The notes beneath the pieces are model-generated. The model made no database searches. It had not been told where the DNA came from and saw nothing but the letters and a program-made list of their open reading frames with translations. A stretch of 64,000 nucleotides of DNA from contig CAVTWJ010000011.1 in assembly GCA_963738405.1 (NCBI GenBank), forward strand, positions 27,903 to 91,902, in the 5' to 3' direction. Below are positions 18,438 through 27,517 of this stretch, piece by piece (position 1 is the first letter of the stretch; every line of letters begins with the position of its first letter). The translations under genes and the position numbers were made by a program. Source of the DNA: a candidate division FCPU426 bacterium (lineage in GTDB: Bacteria; Oederibacteriota; Muellerivitia; Muellerivitales; Muellerivitaceae).

Positions 18438-21283
18438 TTCTGGATCGTTTATTCCTCAACTTGCTTTTTATAACTACCCCGGATTCCAAGCGCCGCCAGT
18501 TTAGGCTGGAAGTACCAGCCCAGGAATTGGAGCTCTTGACGATTAAGGATTTTGTCCAGCGGGTTTGTGATTCGGCCGGCTGTTCACAAAAAGAAACATC
18601 CGGTATCAAACTGGCCATTGATGAAGCCTGTACGAACATTGTCCGTCACGCCTACCGCGGAAAAGGGGATGGGAAAATTCTATTGGAAATGGGGATCGGC
18701 CTCGGGGACCTCAAAACCAAGATCACTGATTACGGCAAACCCTTTGACTTTAAGGGCATCAAAGATCCGGATCTCAACCGTTATGTCGATATCGGCAAAA
18801 AAGGCGGCTTGGGGATTTGGCTGATCCGAAAGGTCATGTCCCGCGTCACTTACAAAGCCTATTCGGACCGCAACGAATTGGTGATGTACAAGAGCCTTTC
18901 GAAGGCTCCCCCGCCTCAATTAGGACTGAAGAAGGGAGCTGTTTCAGTTTCCATCAAATTTACCGTGGGTGCCGTGCTTTTAGTAGCCATTCTTTTCATC
19001 ACCTTTTATTTTTCCCTGAGCCGTCGTCAAGAAGCTGACGCCCTTAAACAACAGCGTGAGAACGTGAATTTGGTGCTTGGCTCCCTCGCTTCCCAATCGG
19101 GCCAATCGGTATCCCGTAAAGACGATTTAGGACTGGAAAATCTTGTCCGTCAAGTGAAGGCGCAGGATACGGGCAAGATGCTCGATTACGTCTTTATTGT
19201 GGGCTCTGAAGGTTTGTTTTTGGCCCACTCGGATATTCAACAGATCCTGCATCCCTACCAGCCCCCTCCCGGCGCCCGCCTTAAGCCCAAGGGCGGAATC
19301 CAAGCTTTTCAATTTCAAACCCCCGAGGGGGGAGTCAGCGATTACGGGTCTCCGATTTATTACCGCGGGCAATTTGTGGGGGAAGTGCACGTGGGGATCA
19401 CCGATACGACCCTTCGTAGGGCTGACCGGCGCATCAAAAGTGAAATTCAAGGACAGCTCCTATTCGCTTCTGTTTTCATCATGTTGGCGCTCTGGATATT
19501 GTCCCGCATCGTGATTCATCCCTTCCGAAAGATTTTGGATGGAGTGAACGCCATGTCCGCAGGCGATATGAACGCGAAAATCGATTTGGACACCCAGGAT
19601 GAATTCGGCCAATTGGCGGGTATTTTCAATGAAATGACCAACAAACTTCAGGAATCCCAAAAAGGAATGGTGGAAACGGAGCGGATGCAGAAAGAAATGC
19701 AGGTCGCTCAGCAGATCCAGCATACCCTTTTACCCGCGGATTTTCCCCAGGTGGAGGGCTATGAGATTGGCGCTACCTATCGGGCCGCCAAGGAAGTCGG
19801 CGGCGACTATTACGACTTTTTCTGGGTGGACCCCACCACTTTGGGGATCGTGGTGGCGGACGTGTCGGGTAAGGGCGTGCCCGGCTCCATGGTGATGACC
19901 ATGATCCGTACCGCCATGCGTCTTGAGGCGCGCGGCAATAAGAGCGCCTCGGACGTGCTGGGAAAGGTCAACCGGCACGTGACTTCGGACATGAAAAAGG
20001 GAATGTTTGTCACCATGTTTTATATCATCCTGGATTCACGCACCCGGGCCATTAATTTCGCCAGCGCGGGCCACAACCCTATGATTCTTTATCGGGGCGA
20101 AACCCAAGAAGTTTATTTCCTCAAACCCAAGGGTTTCCCCGTCGGAATCGATCTTCCCGAAGATGACATGTTCGCTAAAAGCTTAGCCCTGCAAAAGGTG
20201 AGTCTGGAAAAGAACGATATGCTGGTGATCTACACCGACGGCATCACCGAAGCCATGAACGCCGAAAAGGACCAATACGGCGAGGCGAGACTGATCCAGG
20301 TGATCAAGGACAATTCTCATTTGACGCCCCAGGAATTCGTCGAGCAATTGAATCTTTCAATAGCCCAATTCACCAAGGGCGCGGAACAAAACGACGACAT
20401 CACCGTGGTCGCCATTAAGGAAAAGATGCATGCCGAATCGGTGGAATACAAATTCAGAAAAAAACTATTGGAGCTGGTCGAAAAGAAGGGGCTTTCAGTG
20501 GTTGAAGCCTGCCGGCAGATGAATGTATCGACAAAGGCTTACTACCGGTTCAAGAAGATGCTCGCCGAAAAGGGGAAAAAGGGACTTCGGCCCATGAGGT
20601 CAGAGCGCAAGGGGGGCATTCGTGAACTGACCTTGCCCCAAAGGGACGCCTTAATGGCCTTGCTGTGCAAGAACCCCGAATTGGGGCCTCAAAGGCTTTC
20701 CGAGACGCTTAAGAAGATGGTGCCTCCCATTCGGGTAGAAGCCCGGCTGATTTATGAACATTTGAAACGGAAGAACTTGAGTACGGCGAACCAGAGAAAA
20801 GCCTTTTCTTCCCTTTCGGCCGAAGATACGGGAAGCCAAACAGAGGGGGATTCTCAAGCGTCTGAGGATGCCACCGATCAAATACAAGTAAAAAAAAATG
20901 ACGGGATTGGCGCGGGATCGTCCCAGCCCAAGCGGAAGGGCGTCAAACGGCAGTTGACGGCGCCCCAGAAAGAAGCCTTGATGAAGGTTCTTTGCCGGAA
21001 CCCTGAATTCGACGCGTTGAAACTCTCCGAGGTCCTGCGGACGGATATGACGCCTTCCATTCGAGTGAAGGCCGGATTGATCTCGGATCATTTGAAGCGA
21101 AAGAATTTGAGTACCGTGGATCAACGGAAAGCTTTTGCCCTTATCTCGGGCGTGGAGGAGCGTCATCAGATGGAAGAAAATGCCAGGCCGGCTGATGCTT
21201 CCGCCGGTTCCATCGAGAGCGGCAATAGAGTTATTGACGCCGGCGGGGTCTCGGTTGACACGGAGAAACCTGAAAGCCCATAA
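18434..21283 (+). CDS. Membrane hybrid: RsbW-type HATPase_c, 2 TM with periplasmic sensor, HAMP, SpoIIE/PP2C phosphatase, HTH tail
   Basis: LAIDEACTNIVRHAY, DYGKPFD, GGLGIWLIRK (anti-sigma kinase); DEFGQLAGIFNEM (HAMP); EVGGDYYD, ADVSGKG, AGHNP, YTDGITEA, DDITVV (PP2C). GTG 18434 after GGAGG overlaps the previous stop. Confidence 0.92.
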   Translation: MILDRLFLNLLFITTPDSKRRQFRLEVPAQELELLTIKDFVQRVCDSAGCSQKETSGIKLAIDEACTNIVRHAYRGKGDGKILLEMGIGLGDLKTKITDYGKPFDFKGIKDPDLNRYVDIGKKGGLGIWLIRKVMSRVTYKAYSDRNELVMYKSLSKAPPPQLGLKKGAVSVSIKFTVGAVLLVAILFITFYFSLSRRQEADALKQQRENVNLVLGSLASQSGQSVSRKDDLGLENLVRQVKAQDTGKMLDYVFIVGSEGLFLAHSDIQQILHPYQPPPGARLKPKGGIQAFQFQTPEGGVSDYGSPIYYRGQFVGEVHVGITDTTLRRADRRIKSEIQGQLLFASVFIMLALWILSRIVIHPFRKILDGVNAMSAGDMNAKIDLDTQDEFGQLAGIFNEMTNKLQESQKGMVETERMQKEMQVAQQIQHTLLPADFPQVEGYEIGATYRAAKEVGGDYYDFFWVDPTTLGIVVADVSGKGVPGSMVMTMIRTAMRLEARGNKSASDVLGKVNRHVTSDMKKGMFVTMFYIILDSRTRAINFASAGHNPMILYRGETQEVYFLKPKGFPVGIDLPEDDMFAKSLALQKVSLEKNDMLVIYTDGITEAMNAEKDQYGEARLIQVIKDNSHLTPQEFVEQLNLSIAQFTKGAEQNDDITVVAIKEKMHAESVEYKFRKKLLELVEKKGLSVVEACRQMNVSTKAYYRFKKMLAEKGKKGLRPMRSERKGGIRELTLPQRDALMALLCKNPELGPQRLSETLKKMVPPIRVEARLIYEHLKRKNLSTANQRKAFSSLSAEDTGSQTEGDSQASEDATDQIQVKKNDGIGAGSSQPKRKGVKRQLTAPQKEALMKVLCRNPEFDALKLSEVLRTDMTPSIRVKAGLISDHLKRKNLSTVDQRKAFALISGVEERHQMEENARPADASAGSIESGNRVIDAGGVSVDTEKPESP

Positions 21284-21321
21284 TGAAACATCTATCGGTT
21301 TTTTATTAATCTGGAGGAGTC

Positions 21322-21684
21322 ATGGACAATATCACGGTCAATGTGGCCGACCATTCCAATCATAAAGACATTGTTGTTTTGACGGTTAAAGGGTTTATTG
21401 ACACCACAACGGCCCCGGAATTCGAGAAAAAATTCCTGGGCGTCTTAAATGAGAAAAAATATAAACTGCTTGTGGATCTCAAGGACGTGAATTACATCAG
21501 TTCCGCGGGCTGGGGCATTTTTATCAGCGAAATTAAACGGATCCGGGCTCAAAAGGGAGACTTAGTTTTGGTCGGCATGAACCCCGAGGTGGGGGAAGTG
21601 TTTGAGCTTTTGGAATTCAATTCAATCCTGAAATCCTATCCTAATGTTGAGTTGGCCCTGAAAAAGGGATTCGAAAAATCATAA
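21322..21684 (+). CDS. STAS-domain anti-sigma-factor antagonist (RsbV/SpoIIAA-like)
   Basis: GFIDTTTAPEFE, VDLKDVNYISSAGWG with phospho-acceptor Ser, VFELL. Confidence 0.93.
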   Translation: MDNITVNVADHSNHKDIVVLTVKGFIDTTTAPEFEKKFLGVLNEKKYKLLVDLKDVNYISSAGWGIFISEIKRIRAQKGDLVLVGMNPEVGEVFELLEFNSILKSYPNVELALKKGFEKS

Positions 21685-21767
21685 AGGAGACTCCGGGCTT
21701 GGGAGGGAATCGGGATTCCGATTTGCTTTTTACCACAAGGATTTGAAGATCCGGAAAATGGACCCCT

Positions 21768-22910
21768 ATGGACGGCAACACTCTTAACTCGCTTCTGGAA
21801 ATCAACGGAAAGCATTTTGCCGTCGAAAGCAGCCTACCCCAGGGCAAGAACCGGGTCCTTTCAATGGCCCAACTGGAAGGAAGAATCCTTTCCCAGCGCG
21901 AATTTGAGATGCCGGATGGATTGGATGAGGACAACCGTAAACGGTTTCTCCAGGATACCCACAAAAACCGTCTCGTCGAGTTGGAATCCATTTTTAGGCT
22001 TAACCGCAAAATAGACGAAAAGCCCACCCCTGACGCCTGCTGGAAAATAGGGGTTATTTTCTTGTCCAATGGTTTTTACGAGGACGCCCGCCAGCGGTTT
22101 TTAAAATCCATGGAAATGGATCCCCAGCATCTTCAAGCGCTTAAATGCTACGGGATCAACCTGACGCTTCAGGAAGATTACGATGGCGCCTTGGCCATTC
22201 TTAACCGCGCCAAGGAATTGGGACCATCATTCGCCGACATTTATTACCATCTTGGCAATGTTCACCTTTACCGCAGGGAATTGGATGAAGCGGTCCAATC
22301 TTATCTCCAAGCTCTCCAGATCAATCCTCGTTATGCGGATGCCAGGCTGCGCCTCGCGACAGCCTGCGTGGGATATTTGACGATCGGGGATATGAGCGTC
22401 AGTGACTCGGAAAAAACAGCGGAATTGGCCGAAAGGGCGAAAACGGAGGCGGAAACGGCTGCGACCCTGAATCCCAAACTGCGCAACCGCGCCTTCATGA
22501 TGGCGACCGATTACCTGAAAAGCCGAAGGTATTCCAACGCTTTTCAAACCTTTTTGGGGGTGCGGCCTAAATTTGTCCCGCGGATCGGCGACGAGATCAT
22601 TTTTTTCTTCACGCTGACGCTTCTTTATGGGAGCGAGGGAATCGATTTGCAGATGACGGAGCAGTACATAGAAAAATTATCAAAAGTCATCGAAGAATAT
22701 CCCCATTACGCCGATCTTCACCACCATCTGGGAGTGGCTTACTTGATCAAATGCCGGTTTGATGTGAGCCGGTCCCTTAAAGAATTCAAAAAGGCTCTGG
22801 ATATCAACCCTCAGTTCCAGAAAGCCTTAACCAACGCGGCCGATACCGAGGATTTGCACCGTCGCGTGCTGGTTTCTTTGAAAAAGGCGATTATTACAAA
22901 AGGAAATTGA
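21768..22910 (+). CDS. Cytoplasmic TPR protein
   Basis: Several TPRs (PSFADIYYHLGNV..A...YLQALQINPRYADA; PHYADLHHHLGVAY..KALDINPQF). Confidence 0.85.
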   Translation: MDGNTLNSLLEINGKHFAVESSLPQGKNRVLSMAQLEGRILSQREFEMPDGLDEDNRKRFLQDTHKNRLVELESIFRLNRKIDEKPTPDACWKIGVIFLSNGFYEDARQRFLKSMEMDPQHLQALKCYGINLTLQEDYDGALAILNRAKELGPSFADIYYHLGNVHLYRRELDEAVQSYLQALQINPRYADARLRLATACVGYLTIGDMSVSDSEKTAELAERAKTEAETAATLNPKLRNRAFMMATDYLKSRRYSNAFQTFLGVRPKFVPRIGDEIIFFFTLTLLYGSEGIDLQMTEQYIEKLSKVIEEYPHYADLHHHLGVAYLIKCRFDVSRSLKEFKKALDINPQFQKALTNAADTEDLHRRVLVSLKKAIITKGN

Positions 22911-22976
22911 TGAGCTGAATGGACGGCACCGCAGGAACCGTTCGGCTAGGTCTGGATGATAGATGGTTTTACCGGG

Positions 22977-23357
22977 TTATTCTTCGGGAACGGTGCTGAG
23001 GGAGTAGTGCTTTTCGAGAAAATTGACCTGATCCAGGGTTGGATTTTCAAAATTGATCCCGTAAGCGAATCTCCCCATCGTCTTCATGGGGTTTTTTCTG
23101 GCCCAAACGACCTTGCCAGGAAAAGTCACGGCATGGCTTCCGTCAATGGAATCAAACTCAAGGATCAAATCCGTTTTGTCATTCATGGTTTTGTTGGAAT
23201 AAATTTGGGCTCCGGTCGAGCTAACATTGACCAGTTGGGCGCGGAAGGTGTCTCCCTGCGCTGAATTCAAGACACGGCCCTTGATGGATTTCACCATCAC
23301 GACCCTTTGGTTGGTTCTCTTGAAGCCTTCAGGATGAGGCCGGGGAATCTTTTTCAT
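22977..23357 (-). CDS. Stand-alone PilZ domain (c-di-GMP binding) protein
   Basis: RTNQR (RxxxR) and NVSSTG ([D/N]xSxxG), GKVVW..YGINF; GGAG SD before ATG 23357. Confidence 0.85.
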   Translation of the reverse strand: MKKIPRPHPEGFKRTNQRVVMVKSIKGRVLNSAQGDTFRAQLVNVSSTGAQIYSNKTMNDKTDLILEFDSIDGSHAVTFPGKVVWARKNPMKTMGRFAYGINFENPTLDQVNFLEKHYSLSTVPEE

Positions 23358-23475
23358 TTTGGTTCTCCAGGTCGTTTTATCGTTATAGCATATCATTCGT
23401 TTCCGCCTCTTGGGCGATAAAAATCCCATAAGATGGGATTCCATTTTAAGCATGGAAGAAGAGGTTTGTTTTTAT

Positions 23476-24975
23476 ATGTCCCAGGTCCGAGTACGTTTTG
23501 CTCCCAGTCCCACGGGTTATCTCCATGTCGGCGGAGCCCGAACCGCTTTGTTCAACTGGCTTTTTGCGAGGCATTTGGGCGGTAAATTCATTCTGCGAAT
23601 TGAGGATACCGACCGGGAGAGGTCTAAGGCCGAATACGAAGAAGGCATCATCAGGGACCTTCAATGGCTGGGTTTGGATTGGGACGAAGGACCGGGATTG
23701 GGAGGACCCTTTGGTCCTTATCGGCAAACCGAAAGGGCGCCGCTCTACCGGGACCAACTTAAGAAACTCATGGCCGGAGGCCACGCCTACCCCTGTTTTT
23801 GCAGCCATAAAGAATTGGAAGTGGAAAGAACAAAGGCCCAGGCCGCGGGCCAGGGTTATCACTATTCGGGGAAATGCCGGGCCCTCTTGCAAGGCGAGGC
23901 GGACGCCCGCAAGAAGGCCGGGGAAACTTTTTCGGTCCGGCTTCGTGTGCCGGAGGGGCGAACGGTTTTTAACGATCTGATCCGGGGCGAGGTTGCGGTC
24001 GAGCATTCCGAATTGGACGATTTCATATTGGTGCGAAGCGGAGGGGAGCCCACTTATAACTTCGTCGCGGCGGTTGACGACGCCTTGATGCAGATGAGCC
24101 ACGTGATCCGGGGCGAGGATCATATTTCCAATACACCCAAACAAATTTTGATTTACCGGGCCCTTGGGATGAGTCCGCCCCATTTCGCCCATATCCCTCT
24201 CATACTAGGGCCTGACCGCGCCCCCCTCTCCAAACGGCATGGAGCCAGTTCCGTTGGGGAATTCAAGCGCCAGGGTTACCTGCCCGAAGCCATGCTGAAT
24301 TACCTGGCTTTACTGGGGTGGTCGCTGGACGGAAAAAGCGAACTTTTCTCCAAGACGGATTTGGTACGCAAGTTCAGTTTGGAACGGGTTCAAAAGAGCC
24401 CCGCGGCCTTTGATTACGAAAAGCTTCAATGGCTCAACGGCCACTATATCCGGGAGGCCGATCCGGAAAGGGTGTACCAGCTTTGCCTGGAATACCTCTG
24501 GGACGCGGACGCCATCAACGAGAATTTTATGCGCCATGGGGGGGAAGCCCTCAAACGGATGGTGACCTCCGTCAAGAGCAGTCTGAAGACCATCTCCGAA
24601 GTCGGCAGCCAGCTGACTTATTTCTTGGGGGAGGTCCACACCTACGATCCCCAGGGACTGGCTAAATATATGGTTCCAGGCTCCATCCCGGCGTTGGAAC
24701 GGGCGGCTTTTCTCCTGGAAGAAACCATGGACTTTACAGCCATGACGCTGGAAAGCAAAATGCGGGAGGGTGCCGCCGAGCTGGGCGTGAAATTCGCCGA
24801 AATGGTGCATCCGATGCGGTTGGCCATTACGGGGCGTACCGCTTCCCCGAATATTTTTGAATTGATTGAAATTTTAGGAAAGGGCCGGTGCATTGTCAGG
24901 ATTTTGCGTTTTATTCGAATGATTCGAAACACTCCCGTAACCTCTCCTCTCCCTGAAACCGGGGAAAAACAGTGA
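23476..24975 (+). CDS. gltX: Glutamate--tRNA ligase
   Basis: VRFAPSPTGYLHVGGART, LRIEDTD, HVIRGEDHISNT, LSKRHG. Confidence 0.98.
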   Translation: MSQVRVRFAPSPTGYLHVGGARTALFNWLFARHLGGKFILRIEDTDRERSKAEYEEGIIRDLQWLGLDWDEGPGLGGPFGPYRQTERAPLYRDQLKKLMAGGHAYPCFCSHKELEVERTKAQAAGQGYHYSGKCRALLQGEADARKKAGETFSVRLRVPEGRTVFNDLIRGEVAVEHSELDDFILVRSGGEPTYNFVAAVDDALMQMSHVIRGEDHISNTPKQILIYRALGMSPPHFAHIPLILGPDRAPLSKRHGASSVGEFKRQGYLPEAMLNYLALLGWSLDGKSELFSKTDLVRKFSLERVQKSPAAFDYEKLQWLNGHYIREADPERVYQLCLEYLWDADAINENFMRHGGEALKRMVTSVKSSLKTISEVGSQLTYFLGEVHTYDPQGLAKYMVPGSIPALERAAFLLEETMDFTAMTLESKMREGAAELGVKFAEMVHPMRLAITGRTASPNIFELIEILGKGRCIVRILRFIRMIRNTPVTSPLPETGEKQ

Positions 24976-25054
24976 TGAAAGGGCCCTCGGGAAGGTTGTC
25001 ATAAAGGAAGGCTTGGGTTAGGTTAGGGTCATCCTATTTGTTTGAGAGGGCACC

Positions 25055-25612
25055 ATGCACGAAAGCATCGAGTTTGTTTTCCACCGGGGCGAGAAAAAAG
25101 GCCGTCTGAGGCCTGTGAGCCGAAAGGACTGGGCCCAGATCGTCGGCTGGTGGAACGACACAGAGGTTCGCCGTCTATTCGACGTCCATTTCGTTGACCA
25201 AACCTTTTCGGACGCCGAAAAGTGGTTCGCCCGCACCAATTCTCCCGATGACGAGAAACTACCCCGTTCCTTCGTTCTGGAGGTGGATCAGGATGGAAAA
25301 TGGATTCCGGTAGGCACAGCGGAGTTTTATAACGAGAGACCTTCCCACAAGAGCGCAGATTTTGGCTTTTTGATCGGCGACAAAAAATGGTGGGGAATGG
25401 GAATCGGCACCGAGGCCGCCAAACGCATGGTCAAATACGGCTTGGAACAGTTGGAGTACAAGCGGATCGGCGCGGTTTCGGCCGCTTATAACGTACGTTC
25501 CTTGAACGCCCTTCAGAAGGCGGGGTTCCAAATCGAGGGTATCCGCAAGAGCTTTGTTTTCCGCGACGGGGAATGGCACGACCAGACGATGATGTCCATC
25601 GTGAAGCCCTGA
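25055..25612 (+). CDS. GNAT (RimJ/RimL-like) N-acetyltransferase
   Basis: GFLIGDKKWWGMGIGTEA, NVRSLNALQKAGFQIEG. Confidence 0.9.
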   Translation: MHESIEFVFHRGEKKGRLRPVSRKDWAQIVGWWNDTEVRRLFDVHFVDQTFSDAEKWFARTNSPDDEKLPRSFVLEVDQDGKWIPVGTAEFYNERPSHKSADFGFLIGDKKWWGMGIGTEAAKRMVKYGLEQLEYKRIGAVSAAYNVRSLNALQKAGFQIEGIRKSFVFRDGEWHDQTMMSIVKP

Positions 25613-25753
25613 CTCTTCGATAAATCACATTTCAATCCCTTTTGGTTCAAACCTGGACATTAGGTTTGTTGGCTATTTCTATGTTTATTGGGAAAAATGC
25701 CTGTGATAAAATCCCACCCCCGCAAAAAGGGGGTGGCGCTTTTTGCCGTCTGT

Positions 25754-25827
25754 TGGGAGATCGTCTAATGGTAGGACAGCAGATTCTGGATCTGCTTATC
25801 TAGGTTCGAGTCCTAGTCTCCCAGCCA
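25754..25827 (+). tRNA. tRNA-Gln (anticodon CTG)
   Basis: Acceptor stem TGGGAGA/TCTCCCA, anticodon arm GCAGA-TTCTGGA-TCTGC, T-arm CTAGGTTCGAGTCCTAG, encoded CCA. Confidence 0.97.
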
Positions 25828-25891
25828 TTTTTCATTATTAATACTAAGATGTGAAAATAACTTGCCCGGCTTTTCATCTATTGAGGGAAAT

Positions 25892-26698
25892 ATGAAAAAA
25901 ACCATTCTTGCCTTGGCGCTGATCCTGTCCGGAACTGCCGGGGTTTATGCCACTACCGCCGAAGAATATTACGTAGCCGGACTTCAAACCTTTAAAGACA
26001 GCGACTACGACAAAGCCATCCGTTATTTCCACGCCGCCTTGCTTGAAAAGCCCGACTACTGGCAAGCCTACCAGTTCATGGGAGAGGCCTATTACCAAAG
26101 CGGCAACCGCACCGAGGCATTGGTCGCCATGAACGAGAGCCTGAGGCTCCATCCTGACAATTCCGAATTGGTAAGATTTGTTTCGAAGGTGGAAGCCAGC
26201 AGCCCCTGGATCTCCTCGGGTTCCCTGAGTTTCCGGGATAAGCTTTCCCTCATCTCCATTCTTTTATCTTTGGCGACCTTGGGTTGGGTGGGCTATTGGG
26301 TCTATTGGCTGCGCCCGAGGGAAATTGTCACGTTTCTTTTGAACTTCGGGGAACAGGACGCGAACGGGCTTGTCTCGCAGGTCACGGTTGACTTTACCGC
26401 TTTTAACTCCGGCAGCCGCCCGGCCCAAGTGGCGGGGTACAGGGTTCGAAAGTTCGGAAACAAGGCCTGGGAGTCATGGAAATACTTTGATCCTCCAACG
26501 CTTCTGAACGCCCCGGACAGCAAAAAGGTCCTGCACTTGGCCTTCACGCACGCCCATGAAAAGCTCGAAGGCCTGGAATTTGGAGATGCCGGCCGATGCC
26601 GGTGGGCCTTGACCCGCAATCAAATCAAAGTTACGAACGATGCCATTGAGGCGATTGGCCGTCCCAATCGGGAAATGCCCAAGTCGGTTTTGGGATAA
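25892..26698 (+). CDS. Signal peptide-TPR-TM protein of unknown function
   Basis: MKKTILALAL signal peptide, two TPRs, one TM (LSLISILLSLATLGWVGYWVYW), C-terminal beta-rich domain. Confidence 0.75.
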   Translation: MKKTILALALILSGTAGVYATTAEEYYVAGLQTFKDSDYDKAIRYFHAALLEKPDYWQAYQFMGEAYYQSGNRTEALVAMNESLRLHPDNSELVRFVSKVEASSPWISSGSLSFRDKLSLISILLSLATLGWVGYWVYWLRPREIVTFLLNFGEQDANGLVSQVTVDFTAFNSGSRPAQVAGYRVRKFGNKAWESWKYFDPPTLLNAPDSKKVLHLAFTHAHEKLEGLEFGDAGRCRWALTRNQIKVTNDAIEAIGRPNREMPKSVLG

Positions 26699-26728
26699 AA
26701 CCGCCGTTTCCGCAGTCAACCCTTTTTC

Positions 26729-27331
26729 TCACTGGGGCGAAAGATAGGTCAGATAGGTCCCGATGAGCCCCGAAACAAAAACGATAAAAAATCCAAGACC
26801 CATTCCTAGGGCCAAAAAAGCCCGTAAGGGACCCAGGCGTTGGGCGTAAAGTCCCGCCGGAATTCCTATTAAATAGCCGACGCCAATCCCGACAAGTGAG
26901 GCGCAAAGGCCGGCCGAAAAGGGAAGTTTTAAAAAGACGCCCGGGGCCAAAAATCCTCCGAAAAATCCAACAAACGCGAAAAACAAAAAGGTCCAAGGTT
27001 CGAATTCCAAATAGCTTAAAGGAGTTCCGGCGGTGGAAATCAGGCAATAAACCAAAAGTCCTATGATTCCGGCCGCGCCCAAGAGGCCCGCGAGCCATCC
27101 AATCGGGGAGTGGTTTTGAAGGGCATTGGGCATGCCCCAAGCGATTAAAAAACCGCAGACGGCAAGAGCTATGGGGATTTCAAAAAAGATATGGCCTTGC
27201 CGGGAATCGGGATGGTTTTTCATGTTTCGCCAAAGGCATTTGGGGAAATAGCGGAGGTGATACGCCATCGTCCAAAAGGAAGGCGCGGGGCCTAACGCCG
27301 TCTCTTCTTTAGGGGTTTGGAAAACAAGCAT
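26729..27331 (-). CDS. Hypothetical multi-pass membrane protein
   Basis: About five hydrophobic Gly-rich helices; AGAGG SD before ATG 27331. Confidence 0.7.
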   Translation of the reverse strand: MLVFQTPKEETALGPAPSFWTMAYHLRYFPKCLWRNMKNHPDSRQGHIFFEIPIALAVCGFLIAWGMPNALQNHSPIGWLAGLLGAAGIIGLLVYCLISTAGTPLSYLEFEPWTFLFFAFVGFFGGFLAPGVFLKLPFSAGLCASLVGIGVGYLIGIPAGLYAQRLGPLRAFLALGMGLGFFIVFVSGLIGTYLTYLSPQ

Positions 27332-27517
27332 TTAAACCTCTTTTTAAAATTTTAAACCTGTTCGAAATAGGGTTAATTCAACATCGGTTTATTATACTAG
27401 CCTTCCCAACTTGTTTCGTGTTTCGTCGGATGGATTCGACAAGGTGTCGCTGTGGCGAAAAGCACCGCCGTAAAATGGAAACGGTTCTGGATGCAAAAAA
27501 ACCGAGAAAAGGGCCGT

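Noticed and set aside
20440..21283. Intact IS element
   Set aside because: Only HTH-like segments in frame with the phosphatase; no DDE domain or terminal repeats seen.
25754..25827. tRNA-Gln as an island integration site
   Set aside because: I found no duplicated tRNA 3' end and no integrase in the window.
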